Assembly: GCF_009834535.1 (NCBI RefSeq) | Contig: NC_045698.1 | Coordinates: 8,496,001-8,560,000, forward strand | Origin: Camelus ferus | Taxonomy: Eukaryota | Length of the DNA stretch: 64,000 nt | Reading direction: 5' to 3' | In this document: piece by piece, positions 1-13,480 of the stretch | Numbering within the stretch: position 1 is the first letter of the stretch | How the letters are laid out: each line of letters begins with the position of its first letter | Position numbers and translations under genes: made by a program | The notes under the pieces: model-generated | Told to the model about the DNA's origin: nothing | Database searches by the model: none | What the model saw: only the letters and a program-made list of their open reading frames with translations

Positions 1-3000
1 GCGCTTTGGGGCTCAGCTTACAAACGTCTCAGGCACACCAGACACTATGTGGGACGTGTTTCATGGTTCAGGATTTGCCACAGCTGGCTGTAAACATAGA
101 ATTTATTTCTATGCAATGTCAACTATCAGCCTAAGAACTTGTGTTCTTAGTCTCATCAACAACTTACTCCAAGGAACTCCTATCAGACTGCGTTTTCTTT
201 AGAGATGCATGTCCATTATCACCCTTTATTGTGATTTGCCTATAGAAGGTGCCCCGTATGTTTAATGACTGAGAAATTAAATGATATAACCTATTACACG
301 GCAGTCAGCTCAGAAGGTATGCCTGCTATGATAAAAGAATCACTTCTTTCCTGCAGAACTGACCTCCAAGGAGCCAGGACTAGAGTGCACGTAAGTGTGA
401 TGCTGTAAAAATTTTTGCTTGAATCTAAATTAATAAATAGGATTTTTACTCAAGAAAAGTAGTTCTCATTAGCACCTAAAGAGGATCAGGGGCAAACTAT
501 ATTCTTTAGGTGAAAGATTTATAAATGTATCATGCAGATAATTATTAAGAATCATAGACAGTATTAATTTTTAAAGTCACTTTTTCTTAATCTCAGCTAA
601 TTTAAAAAAATACATATTTAACTTAGTTTTAACTCCATAAAGGAGAATCTATACCCGAGAAAAAGTGGAGAATAAAGTTTTAAGACTAATTTAGAACACA
701 AATTTCCCAGTGAAGGAAGAGATCGGTAGCTGGGACGAGGCTACACTGAGGAAGTGCGCGGACTCTGCTGCTTGTTGATTTCTGCCTTCAAACTGGCGAC
801 AACACACGTGGGCCCTGACACCCGCATCTCTGCTTTGAGCCTCGCACCTGCCCAATCTCAGCTTCCTAAGACAGATTTTCATTCCTCCTCACATTCCCTA
901 TCTGCCACAAAGAATCTCACCTTTGCTATCCAAAGGATGATCAATGAATTTATTTTAATAATTGAAAAAAAAAAAAACTCTTCACAATAAGTTTCTATCA
1001 AATTCTCATCAAAGATTCTGTGGGGTCATTTTATTCACAGTAATGCATTTTTCCTTTAAGTAGCTTATCAACTCTCTCAACTCCAGACACCACTGTTTCA
1101 GCTGAAGGACTATTTCCTACGATCCAAACCCAACTAACATGTATTCCAGTCTCCCAATTATTTTTCCCATTTTTGCTACTTTCCTTCATCCTCTATGCCC
1201 TCTGTTCACTCTCACCTCTGTCTAATTGTAGACACATATGGTACCCAATCTAAAAGTTTGACTTATTTCCTTCTACACTTTTCTAGAGGCTCAGAAAAAT
1301 GTGCAAAGAAAAAACAGATTTACTACTTTGTTTTTTAAAAACAGGATAATACAATACTATGTCATTTCCTTTCTAAAATCTTCATGGATTTTTTTTTAAA
1401 GTTTAGCTATATAGCTCCAACTCATTTTTATTAATACCTGCTTAGAAAGGATATAGCTTTTACATGAAGGATTTTATAGAAAGGATATACCAGTTTTACA
1501 AGTCTTCTTCAATCAGTATTGTTCCTTTTTTTTTTCTACTTCAAATAATCCTGCACTAAATACTTATATACATGAAATCTCATATTCTAGGCCATTCATT
1601 TCTACAGAACATAACGCCTAAGAATGACTAACCAAAGGCTATGGAACTTTCAAACATTCACAGCAACACATCATTTTACAAAAAGATTATAGGAATGCAC
1701 ATTCCTATTTGGAATGAAAAAGAATGTGAATTTCCTCAAAATTTAGCTATAGCAAGCTTACAATTGGTGTTATTTTTTAATGTTTGTCTATTTTGTAGAT
1801 TAAAGAAAATCATGCCTCATTTTGAACTTTATGTCCTTGATGAGTACGTTAGGGCAAAAAGTATTTGCATACACTTACTGGTTGTTTGCATTTTTTCTTC
1901 TTTGAGTTGCCCGTTGATATTTTTTTGCCTAGTTTTCGATTCTTTTATTCCTCTTTTTCTCATCAACATTAGGAAGTCTTAATATATTAATTATACCAAC
2001 ATTTTGTCACACTTGTGGCACATATCTTTCTCTTGGCCTACTTTCATACTTTTTTATGCTGAATTAGTCCTTGCTATTATTGCTGGTTTTCACACCGCCA
2101 ACGGCGCCGACCATTTGTGTACAGCTTCTGCATTTCCCAAAAGCCTTTTGAGAAGGTTCTCAAAAGCCTTCTCCACCTCGAGTTCATCTGAGTATTTTCC
2201 CAGTGTTTTTCCTAATGTGTCTATAGTTTTATTTTTACAGTTACCTGCTCTCCCTCTGAGGTTTATTTCTGAATATATTGTGAGTTAAGGGCCTTAATTT
2301 TCTTCCAGATCGTTAGGCAGCTATGCTGACACCATTCCAACCACCACTCTGTGCTGAACTGAAGTACTTAAAATGAATTGGACTCCTATATATATCTGGG
2401 TCTGTTCTGAATCTTCAGTTATGTCCTAGAGAGATCATTCTTTCTATTTAGGGCCCACTCGGCACCACTATAATTAGCGTGTTTGGTAAGGTCAACTATT
2501 TCTATCAAAATTTTCACTGCAACTCTCATATATTTAATAATGCTTCCAAATGATTGATCTTGAAAGTAGTTTGATCCAGTTCGCCAAAGAAATAATCAGC
2601 CCGGGAATTCTGATTACAATGGCCTACATTTTATATTAAATTGGGGGAGAGTGATATTGTTATGATATCAAGCTTTCCTACACAGGACCATGGCATCCCG
2701 TCCTTTATTCCGAATTCTTTAATGTACTTTAATAAAATATTATAGTTTTCATCAGACAAGTCTGGTTGTCTCAGTAAATTTACTCCTCCTGACTTATTTT
2801 GCCACTGCTCTAAAGCCAGTAGCCTGGGAAGATTTTCAGACCATGCCAGGATAAAAAACCATGACCCAACCCAGCCATATAACAAAGCAGTATCTGGAGT
2901 GGGGAGAGTGGCTGGAACTTCTGCTCCTCTTTTCCATTTCCCCTTAGAAATAGTCAGAAAACTCATGGGTAGGCTTTGGGAAGCAAACGAATCAAGCAAT

Positions 3001-4167
3001 ACAGCCTAGGCCTCAACCCAATTGCCTGCTTCCTTACCATTTTCACAAACTAGGTTATCCAGCCAATCTACCCAACTCTCCTTCGCGCACCTACTTGGCT
3101 CCACCCCTTCAGACCCGGCGGCACAGTTCAGACTGATACCTCCCTTGATCCTTTCTGTTGATGGATCCTCCCTTAGCTACTCTTCATTGCTTGACCGCCC
3201 ACCTTTACCTAAATCAGTCTCCATCTACTAAACAGAACCGGTGTCCTCCAGGAAGCCTGGAGCATTTCTCCTGTTTGAGAACTTAATTGCCCCATTTCAT
3301 CTATTGCTCTGTTGAGATGTTCCTGGAGTCAAGGAAGTTATGTCACCCCCACCCCCACCCCCACCACTGTTGCTGATTCAGCATCCTGGATCGTATAACT
3401 CAAACACAAGATGCTTCTGCACCACAAAAAAATGAATACTAATTTTATATTCCAGCACATGATAAGAAAAAGAAACAAATTTAAAAATCTTGATTTTCCA
3501 GCTTTTTAAAATTATTTACCACCTTTTATTTACAAGAAACATGAATTACATAAAAAAAATACTTTTAAATCTAAGACTTCAGATTTTATTTACTTCTCCA
3601 TTTTTACAGCAAAAAAAAAAAAAAAAAAAAAAAGAGGGGGGTGGCGGAAGAATCATTCAGACATTAATTAGTTTTACAGGAAAAGTTCTGACATGCATTC
3701 TTCCAGGACCATCTCAGAAACACTGGGGAAACCAATTTGCTTTGTCCCAATACAATACTCATCTACCCCCGACTCACACTAATTTTTTAGCATCATGGAT
3801 ACATTTTGAAATTTTATTAGACTCTAGATTTTCTAAAGACCAATTATTTGGATTACACATTGAACAGTATTAAGTGTCAGGTCCATCAATGAATTGGCCA
3901 AAACTTCACCTATAGGAATTTTGATTGCAATTTTTGGTTTTGCTCCTTTAGAATATTTTTTCAAGGAAAACTGCCTAAATCTTGAATAAAACCTGGAGTC
4001 AAAAGCTATTGTAATCCTATTTTAATAGTAATTTTATAACGAATACCAACACTTTGCTAGAAAATCATGATTTTCCTTCCAACAGTATTAAATCACCATC
4101 TTTCATCCAGAAAGAAGAGGTATTAAAATGTCCTCACACGTATGTCATGAAAGTGGACTGTTTCTAC
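1..4167 (-). other. CTNND2: CTNND2 intron 2 (partial)
   Basis: Begins at the GT donor (4167-4166). No ELQFERL-like exon 3 peptide appears in the ORF track. Confidence 0.85.
1330..2790 (-). mobile_element. Old, degraded L1 (L1M/L1ME-like) ORF2/3' region
   Basis: T-rich segment with antisense L1 motifs, e.g. 'attaaattgggggagagtgatattgttatgatatcaagctttcctacacaggaccatggc' and 'tatatatctgggtctgttctg'. Confidence 0.6.
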
Positions 4168-4305
4168 CTGTTCTTTGACCGAGGCGAGGATCGCGGAGGT
4201 GGTTTCCGTTTCCGAGCCAGTCTCCATTGGAGGTGGGGAGGCCAGGGCTGACGGAGCTGGTCTTGTCGGAGGCTGATGAAGGCTGGTCTGGGACAGGCAT
4301 AGCTC
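4168..4305 (-). CDS. CTNND2: Delta-catenin (catenin delta-2) coding exon 2, with an apparent 1-nt insertion
   Basis: Minus strand reads ..cctctcgctttgcag|GA GCT ATG CCT GTC CCA GAC CAG ... AAT GGA GAC t GGC TCG GAA ACG ... AAA GAA CAG|gtagaa. The two peptide halves ([29 protein letters not shown] in ORF 4145..4330; [17 protein letters not shown] in ORF 4123..4326) match human CTNND2 residues ~13-58 as I recall them. It has a polypyrimidine/AG acceptor and a GT donor. Confidence 0.95.
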
Positions 4306-7300
4306 CTGCAAAGCGAGAGGACACACTCAATGCAGTTGGGTGTTGTCACCGAAAACACTCCTAAGCACCAGGCAACTCTAAGCAAGACACTTCAGCAAAG
4401 GGATAAGTACCACCTACAAAGAGAGGACATGACATCACTGAGGAAGGGGAAACAAGCAAATAGACGGTTTCTCCTCTATCCACCCCAACCAAGTGGAGGA
4501 AGAAATGATGAGATGGAAAAGGCCAGTTAGACTATAAGAGCGTAAAAAGATAAAGACACATGGGTCTAAAAACAGGCCAGTCAAACGGACACTCTGTATC
4601 TTTTAGATAAACGTATTACTTGTGCATTGATCCATTTTCACCTCAAACAAACAAACAAACAAAAAACCTACTGACAACCCCCTTTATTTGGAAATCACAC
4701 AAAGTAAGTGATCAATAAATTACAAGTAATTTAAAAATCCCATAATTGACCTAAGAAGCTCAGCTGGGATGTAAAATGTAGTAACTGGCGAGCCTACTCC
4801 ACAAATATTTGCCAGGTTCTTACTCTGTGACCAACAGCAGACGAAAGGTCCTTACAGCTGACAAGACTCACTTGTCACAGTTTATTCTGTCCGAGTTCAT
4901 TTAGGAAAGAAAGGAGAAACTCAAATAACACCAGCCTCATTCATCAATGGACACACACGCACGGGTTAAAAGCAGGGCTCTCGAAAGTATCTTTGGCTCC
5001 ATTGTGCTTGTCTTTCTCACACAAATAAGGAAGACTGGAGTCGTTGTTACATATATTACTCAGCAGTGGTCATCAGCAGAAGTAATAATTAACTGAGGAC
5101 AGTTTTTCCAGGGCACCAGAAAACCACTATTCAAATAAAAGGCTGGAAGTAAATAAAGGTTATTTTCTTGCCTCAAGCTATTATTGTACACATCCTTTCA
5201 GGAACCAGTGCTGTGTGAACGTTAAAAGGTATTTCCTATTATACTGGATCTGTGCATCCTGGGTTTCACCCAAAGAAACATAATTTTTTTAGTAGCCCTT
5301 TTATTATGTTATTAGCTACATTTAGTTAATTGTTTAGGGATATGCAAACCCAAAGGGTTCTAGTACAGAATTTCCCTTAAAATGCGTGACAGAAAGTGGC
5401 TACCTAATGCTCTCATTGGACTTTACAACTGAGTTTTGATTTGTTTTTATTTTTTGAAGTAAGTTCCTCATAAGATGGGGATGAGAATAGCACTGAAAAA
5501 AATAAATCTGTTACAAACAGAATATATCAGAGGGTTTGGGGGAATTACCTTAGCAAGCAGAATGTGGGCAAAGAATAAGGATCAAATTGAATATAATTGG
5601 GCAAAATGCGACCATGGCTAACAAGCTGAAAGTATATTAGGTGATGGATACCAACAGGACCAAAGAAGGAGGTCTAGGTAATTATGGAGTTGGGGTTGGG
5701 AAGTTAAAAATAAAGTGCATTTGTGTATTCGATGTACTTTCATATGTGGTTTTCTTATTTGATCAAAGCCTGTAATTACAAGGATGTAGGTCCACAGATC
5801 AACAAATGCTGTGCCAGGTAACTAGCCTGAAAGCCGCACCTTTCTACTGAGAGGAGGTTTGGGAGATGGGAGAAGTGGATGGGGCAGAAAGAAAGAAGAA
5901 AGGAAAATGGCAGCTCTCGGGTGCAAGGTCATCTCTGGTCAGAGGGAGACCCCCTTGATCTTGCATCCCCACCCATCTCCACCGCAGTGGCTTCCAAAGG
6001 GAACGCTACATAAGAATAGCCTTAAACTGAGAAAGGATGCTTACATCTCTCAAATTATTCTTTTCACTTCCGTGTTTTCTAAATTTTATTGGGCCGACTG
6101 GAATTCAAGCTCTGGGTCCGCGTTATTATCAACATAATTTTTTGACAGAGAAACTGTGTAAGGCCACAAAGGTATTAAGCACCAGAAATGAGCCTGGAAC
6201 TCAAGTTTTCTTCCTTTTATTCCTATTTCAGTGTGCTTTGCTGTGTCAGCCTCTTTCCCGTAAGTATTGCCTTCTAAACGCTGTCCACACATCAATGTTT
6301 ATCAAATGTAAGTCTTAAAAAATATGACAGTAACCTGTCATAATAAAATATGGGATCGAATAGGCAATGAAACAAGATCTATCCTTAGGCACTTGACAAC
6401 TCTGACCCACAGAGTATAAGGAATAATTCGGTCTGTTTACCCCCCTTTCTTCTTACAGCAGTAATAAGAGAAGTGAAATCTTCAAGGCTCACCCCACCAC
6501 ACAGAGCAATTGCCACCCACGGCAACCCCTCTGCCCTAGTGAAAATGACTTGGAATAATTTCCGTGGTTCATCATTTTTAACGTCCAGATTTAACTTCAC
6601 CATGTATGGATGCTAAAGACTGTCAGCTTCCACTCCTAACCATATTAGCTCAGAGCTTCCAGAGCAGAGGGAGAGCTGCATAGACACTGCCAGAACCAAG
6701 CTCTGGGCTGCTGAACGGATGGATGGCATGCATAAAGGCATGCATACAAAGCCTTCAGCCTTCTGACTCTGCAGTCTGTGGTTAAGTACTTTAGTCTTAA
6801 ATAGAGCTAATCTATTAAAAATTACTAGTTAATCTGTGCTAAATCCAGGAAATCTGGAAAATGGAGAGACTCAAAAAGGAAAAAAAGAAAAAAAAAAGGA
6901 AAAGCAACGTTACAAATTCCACTCTCCCAGGTAAGTACATTAACTTTGGCACTTGGGGTTTTCTGCTGCAATTTTTTTTCTCCTGATTTAACTCATTGTG
7001 CATGATGAACTTTGCATAATGGAGTATTAATGTCATGCTTTTGATTTAAAAAATTTTTTTTGCTTAGAAACATACTGTGAACTATTTCTTAGGCAACAAA
7101 AAGTGTTTCATGTTTTCAACAGTATAATGTTAAATAATAAAATTTTATTAAACATTATTATATCTATATTATTAAACATAATATAACATATTAATATAAA
7201 ATTTTAAACATAATATAAAGTTAGTATTCAATAATTGTACGCATCAGAATTCACCTATCTTTTGTTTGTAATTTTACCCCGTTTTTGACATTTTTAACAG

Positions 7301-7861
7301 ATAAATTCACAGAAGTGTTATTTGATAGAATGAGAAACCAACCCATGTTTCTGACTGTTGAGAGCCAACAGCCAGACTTGCTGCCAGGCTGGCCCAACCT
7401 ATCTGCCCATTAGCAGTGTCACAGGAATGTCCCCTCCCACAAGGACAATAATACTGGTCCTTCATACCCTCTCCTGCTGTCACCAAGCTTGACATAGGAA
7501 ACCTCATCTCTTTGAATTTGTTTTTATTTTACAACAAGTACCAGGAATATTTTGCTGTAGAAAATGTGTGTTCACCCTACGTACAGCACCTCTTCAGACC
7601 CTGCACACAATTACTGTGTAAGAAGTCTTTCCTTACATACGTAAATAAGCTACAAACACCCGAACAGCATGGTTCGCAGACGCAACTTCAACATGAGGAA
7701 AAGAGACAACACGAGGGAAGATTAGGGTCAAATTTTAGGTGGTTCATTCCTTAGCAGAACCGGCTACTAACAGGTTCTAGGTCCAGAAAATACAGAGCAA
7801 CCGAGTCAGCCTTTCCTGGGCCCGTGTCACGCCGCCTACACACTCACACCCAGGAGCAGAG

Positions 7862-8240
7862 AGATGGGGGACTGTACCCCGCTCCCTCACTGCCCCCCAG
7901 CCGCCAAATCCACAGGCCCGAACTCCCAACATGACTGCGTTGGGAGATGGGGCCTTTGGGGAGGTAATTAATGTTACACGAGGTCACAGGGGAGGAGTCC
8001 CAATCCGGCAGGACTAGGTGTCTTTCCAAGAAGAGGAAGACACATCAGAGCTTCTTCCCTCTACCCTGTGAGGACACAGAGAAAAGGCCTGGCCACCAAG
8101 AAGAGGGTTCTCACCAAAAACCACTGCCAGCACCTTGACCGTGGACTTCTGGGCTCCAGAACTGTGAAGAAACAAATGTCCGTTGTTTAAGCCACCCAGT
8201 CTGTGATGTCTTGTCCTGGCAGCCCGAACAGACTGAGACA
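7862..8240 (+). mobile_element. MaLR solo LTR, MLT1A-like
   Basis: Contains 'ccagcaccttgaccgtggacttctgggctccagaactgtgaagaaacaaatgtccgttgtttaagccacccagtctgtg...cagactgagaca', the typical MLT1A 3' half. Confidence 0.85.
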
Positions 8241-9249
8241 AACAAGCTCAGACTGTTCTCCCCCTCCTTCCCTTTAATCCCCACGGGGTGCACGGGAGGC
8301 TCGTGGACCGAACGCAGTGGGACGGTGCTGTTTAGTGGCGCTCTCTGCCAACGCAGTCATCCCAGATGGGCCACAGGTATCAGGGCGAGACGCGTGCTGC
8401 TTCACGTCGGCACACCTGGGTAAACCAGCGCCGACAGAGACGTGCCCCACCGCTCAGAAATAAGCCCGGAGAACAAAGCACTAACTGAAGAGCATCCACA
8501 GCAGCACGATTTTCACAGACAGTGTAATAAGGAACTCAGGAAAAACTGGCCCAGATGACACCCACACACACAGACTCTTTTTCAACGTGAACTCTTCTAT
8601 CCATAGGTAGTACGATTTGATGAGGTCCCAATGAATATTCTAAACTTCTATTTCCCAAACGTGAGTCCCTATGAATCTACGGTATACTCGGTAACACTGT
8701 TAAAATCAGCTTGGCATTTAGGAAGGCTGAGTTCTCTTGTTCTCAATTCAAGGACCACATTCAATGTTATATTTTATTCACCTCCGTCACGCAGAAGGAA
8801 AATAAATTCTTACTTTATTTTGTAATTCGAATGTGTTCCTTCCTTAGCCACTTCTGCCCAACAACTGATGACTCTGACATCAAAATAAGCCATCTTCAAA
8901 AAATAACTGATGAGCTCCTGTGTGACACAATCATCCAGTTCGGTGACCCGCCCGGAATTCTGGTGCCACCATTACTTGAACTCCTTCTCTCTGATTCAGC
9001 AGGAAGTTCGTTTGGCTGTGAATGGTCTCTGCTCCTCCTGAGATGCCTACCCTCAATCTGTGGTCCACGACTTCTCATCCTTTCATCTTTCCTCCCGTTC
9101 TGTGACTCCAAAGGCCCTCACGCTCTGCTGTCACGGAGATCCGCTTCTTCTTCCTCCCAAGATAGCAAGTCCCACCTGCTTCAAATTCCAGACTCTCCAA
9201 AGTCCTTGCATACTGTGAGTCTCAACAAATATTTCATCAGCTGGACTTG

Positions 9250-9445
9250 CACTGATCAATGTTGGAGCTCCCGGCAACATGTGGCTATTTAAATTTTAAT
9301 AGGATTTAAAAAGCCAGTTCAGTAGTTGCACCATTCACATTTCAAGTGCTCAACAGCCACATGTGGCCAAGTGGTTACTGTACTGGACATGGAAAACACA
9401 GACGATTTCAATGATTGCAGAATGTTCTATTAATGGTCTTGCTCT
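9250..9445. mobile_element. hAT-Charlie MITE, MER3/MER33-like
   Basis: Contains 'acatgtggctatttaaatt...cacatttcaagtgctcaacagccacatgtggccaagtggttactgtactggaca'. Confidence 0.75.
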
Positions 9446-9499
9446 ATACCCAGTAGTCAATGATTTCATGTAATCTTTCATCTTCAAGTTTAATCCTGG

Positions 9500-9720
9500 G
9501 TAACAGGATGGGAGAAGAGGTCAGGTTATAATTATATTTTGAAGTGAGAACCACCAGGATTTCTGATAGATTGCATAGATGGTACATAAGACAGAGGAGT
9601 CCAGATGATTCCAGGATTTGGTCTGAGTGGCCATCAGCCAAGATGTTGACACTGGAGGTGGGACAGATTTGGGGCAGGGGAAGGTGACGTGGTCTGAAAA
9701 TGTATAATCTGAAATACATT
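9500..9720 (-). mobile_element. L2 LINE fragment
   Basis: 'ggatttctgatagattg...gaggagtccagatgattccaggatttggtctgagtgg' resembles antisense L2a. Confidence 0.65.
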
Positions 9721-12635
9721 GACCGGTGACTCTTCCTTGCTACTGACATGTGGGCAGGGGACAGCAGCTCTAGCCAGAAGCCACACCCTGGTGTGAATTA
9801 GGGAATGTAAAGACTGATGATTTCTAAATACTGCTTGTCAAGTCTTTTTCCCCCCTTCTGGTCGTGGTCTCTTTTCATTTTTTACTTTGCAGTTGCTAGA
9901 AACTTCTAGAACTTAACTCTTCTTTCCTTGAGCTGATGACTTCAATGCCAGACTCTCTGATGTTAACTTTCTTGACTTCTTAAAGTTCACACCAAATGAT
10001 CAAGCAAGGGAGCCAGGACACCAGGATTGCAAAGCCTCTGTTTTACACTTTCAGCTTTACCCTCATCACTAGGCATCGCTTTCATAATTCGCCATCACCT
10101 TATGCCCCAAGTAAATAATGAAATTTGCTATCAGAATACTCCAAATATTATCATATATACATATATATAATGCATATGCAACTTACTGTTTTCAAATGAA
10201 ATATAACTTAACATACTGGATTTTTATAACCTTCCACTCCACAGGCAACAGTTTAAAAGATTGTGATTCTGCAAAATTGAAGAATAGCCATAAACATCTT
10301 ATTAATATTATCATGCAGAGAATGTGTGTATCAGTATAAACTAGTGACCTGAACAATACTGAACATCTCATCTGTGTAATCAATCTCGTCATCAAAATTG
10401 CAGTTCTTTATTTGTAACTGACATGTCACTACCAAGAGAAACAGGCATAGCATCATTGTCTCTCAGATGCTACTTTGCACACATAAAAATATACCTATCC
10501 TTGCTTCTTCCCTTTAAAGAGAAATGAAAAACCACAGCTTGTCCTAATGATATAGATAATATCATCATTAATATTTGTCAAAACTCAATACAATTAGGGC
10601 AGAAACTCAATCTGTCTTGTTCAATTTCCAACATTTAGCTCAGTATCTAATACACAGCAGCCAGTTAATAAATACTTGTTGAGTTAATGCATGAACTATG
10701 CACATAAAGTCAGTAGTGGTTGCTTACCAGAGCAATGTAAGTAAAATGGGCTTTACGTTAGGAGAATTTCTCTAAACGACATCTGCAATGACATCTTTTT
10801 ATTTTGACTCAAGAAAGCTGCTTTTCCAAAATCCTAGGACTAGTGCAAGGCTTTTGCCTCAGTCCACTGCCCAAGAATGTACCCTCTGGGTTGCTGGCTT
10901 CTAAGGTAGAATCAGTGATCGAGCAGGCTCAGGGGCTTCTGAGACTTGATACTTTTAACTCGCAACTTGGAAACAGAATCTGGCAAAACTTAGGGAGAGC
11001 ATGACGCAAGGACGGGAAGAAGCACTAAGCCATACTCAGACCATGCGACTACTGGGGCACCAGCCGGCAAAGCCAGGAGGTGGAGGAAAGTCCAATTCCA
11101 CCTGCTAAGGTGGGGGTAGTGTGTCAGACGCCCAGGAAGTCAGGGACACAGGTCACTTGTTGCCGGGGGGGGGGGGAAGACATGATGGCAGGGGCAGAGC
11201 TGCTGGGATCTGAGCGCTGAGTCCACCTGCCAAGCACGAGGGGGCTGTTCCACCTGCGCTCAGAGAAGTGGGAATGGTAGGAGGTGGAAACTTACACGGG
11301 GGGGTCAGGAAATCTGTTGCTAATAATTGTTGAGGAGGTTGGGACCAAGCTAAGTATCACCACAGATGTAAGGCCCACCTGAACTATTATTCTTAACGAC
11401 AAATTACGTCGGAAGGTAAAAAAGCTTCTGTGGAGACGACAGAGCAAGGGGGAAGAGCAGCGCTCACACGTGGGAGAAGCACACACGCAGACAAGTTCCA
11501 GCAGAGTGAAGTCACTGAGGACAGACGGGGGTCTTCTCCTGGCTGTTTTCTTTTGGTAACTCACAGTCCTGACTTCTCAAGCATCACCTCAAGCATCTTC
11601 ATCTAGTCTTAATGAACATATGTCTTAAAAAAGTGTGGAGAAGGTGGTACCTGTGAACCACAAGTCAGCAGACGAGGGTGAGAGGCTGTCCCTCCTCAGC
11701 CCTGCCCCAGCCTGAGCTTGTGACCTGAGATGCCAGAGCCCACACAGCAGTGCAGCCAGGGACGGGGGCCTCAGCCACCTGGAGGGGTGTCTCCCGGCAG
11801 GTAAGAGTGTGAAGGTGAGATCTGACAGATCCCTCAGCGGGAAGCAGGGTCCCCATAGAACCTACCCAGTGAGAAGGAAAGCTGAAGGGAGGTGGGGGTT
11901 TGACTACTGAAAGCAGAGGAAAGGGTCAGAATAAATCTATAAAGTGAAGGAGGAAGGGGGAACTGGGCTGGGAGTCAGGCAGCATCTGGGCTGAGCCTGG
12001 AAACTCGGAGAGGGCAGGAAACTGGGGGTAGCTGCTATGCTGGAAGAAAATGGTAAGAAATTTGGCGATGATCTGGAATTTGTTAACAATCTTGATCTTA
12101 AACTTGGTGATTTAATCAAATAAATGGTTTGCAGCATTTATTACATTAATAACAAATGACCTGAGACATTCCCTACAACTGTTCGTGGAACCCCAGGGGG
12201 CCAGGATACCAAGATTGAAAGCCTCTGTTTCACATGTGAGTTTCTAAGCGTTCCCCCTCTGCTGCTTCTGTCTCACGTAACACCATCCACATCTCTCCTT
12301 GGCAGAGCCAGGCACACCTGAGACTGAGTGTGCAAATAATGACTCAGACGTTTACCTCCTGCTGGGATTCCACACCTAGTATCAAAATATCCCACTACCT
12401 ATTACAAATGTCTCCCTGAAAACCCCACAAATGCACTGAATTCAGCGTGACCTCTCATCTCTTGCCTGGACAGTCGCAGAAACTGTGCAAACTGCCTCTC
12501 TGGCCCCCAATAAATCGTGCCTCCTGCAATGAACTCTCTGCTCTGTTTGTTGGGGGAGTCAGTTTTCTCACCAGCAGTCTGATTATGACATGCCCTTCTT
12601 TCTGAATTTATTTGAGTGGGTCCCAATACCTGGAA

Positions 12636-12843
12636 CAGAGGTTTCCAAAAGTCTTTTGAGACAGGAAATGTATTTTATATCATGATTCACACATCTTAAC
12701 GGAAACACAGCTTCAGGAACTATAAAGCCTTAAAACACATGATGCACTTTTTTTCTCTTCTATTTCACTCAATTTCATTAAAAGAAAAATTCTGAGTGGT
12801 TACCCACTAAACTGATGGAGACAAAACAGTTTGGAGACCAATG
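12636..12843. mobile_element. Non-autonomous hAT-Charlie MITE
   Basis: Imperfect TIRs cagaggtttccaaa / tttggagaccaatg. The 8-bp flanks acctggaa (12628-35) and acccggag (12844-51) match at 6/8, consistent with a hAT TSD. Confidence 0.6.
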
Positions 12844-13369
12844 ACCCGGAGGCAGGAGTGGAACCTCCCCTGCATGATGTCTGAGACTGTCCCTGCTCTG
12901 GCCAGGGCACACACATCCGTGCTCAAGCCCTGTGGCTTCCCCCCTCACACCTTACACTACGATGCACCAAGCTTCTTACAGTTCCAAAGACATCTGATCT
13001 CACCAAACGGCACACGCAGATTTCGCTTCCTGTGTGCTCTCATCATCTCAACCTCTTTTCCTCTTTCCTAGCCCCCCACCTGCCTTTCTTCCTCTGCAGC
13101 CGTTCGGAAACACTCCACCACCTGAATCACTTTCTCAAGCAGTGCATTTATCACAATGAGCTGTCAGGATCTTACCTCTTCTGGGATTTTTAAAAGCTTT
13201 GAATGTTTTTAAAATTGGGATGCTTCTTTACACGACTGCTGGCACCCTTTTCCTTTATGTCACTGAGGATGAGTTTTGCGTCACTTGCGAGTGAAAGTGT
13301 CATTAAATCAAGGACATACTGCTCAACATCCTAGATTTCTGGAAACACCATATATTTCACAGTATATTT

Positions 13370-13480
13370 CTCCTAATTAGACCATGCATTCTTTGAGCAC
13401 AGAAAGTGTTTTATTCATATTTATAACCTCAGTGCCTAGAACAGTGCCAAGTGAAGAGCTGGCATCATTAAATGCTTATT
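13370..13480 (+). mobile_element. L2 3' end
   Basis: Contains 'ctttgagcacagaaagtgttttattcatatttataacctcagtgcctagaacagtgcc...aaatgcttattg'. Confidence 0.7.

Noticed and set aside
8711..9292. Longest ORF in the track (193 aa)
   Set aside because: Non-ATG start, Ser/Leu-rich, no recognisable domain, and it runs into a MER3-like element; a chance ORF.
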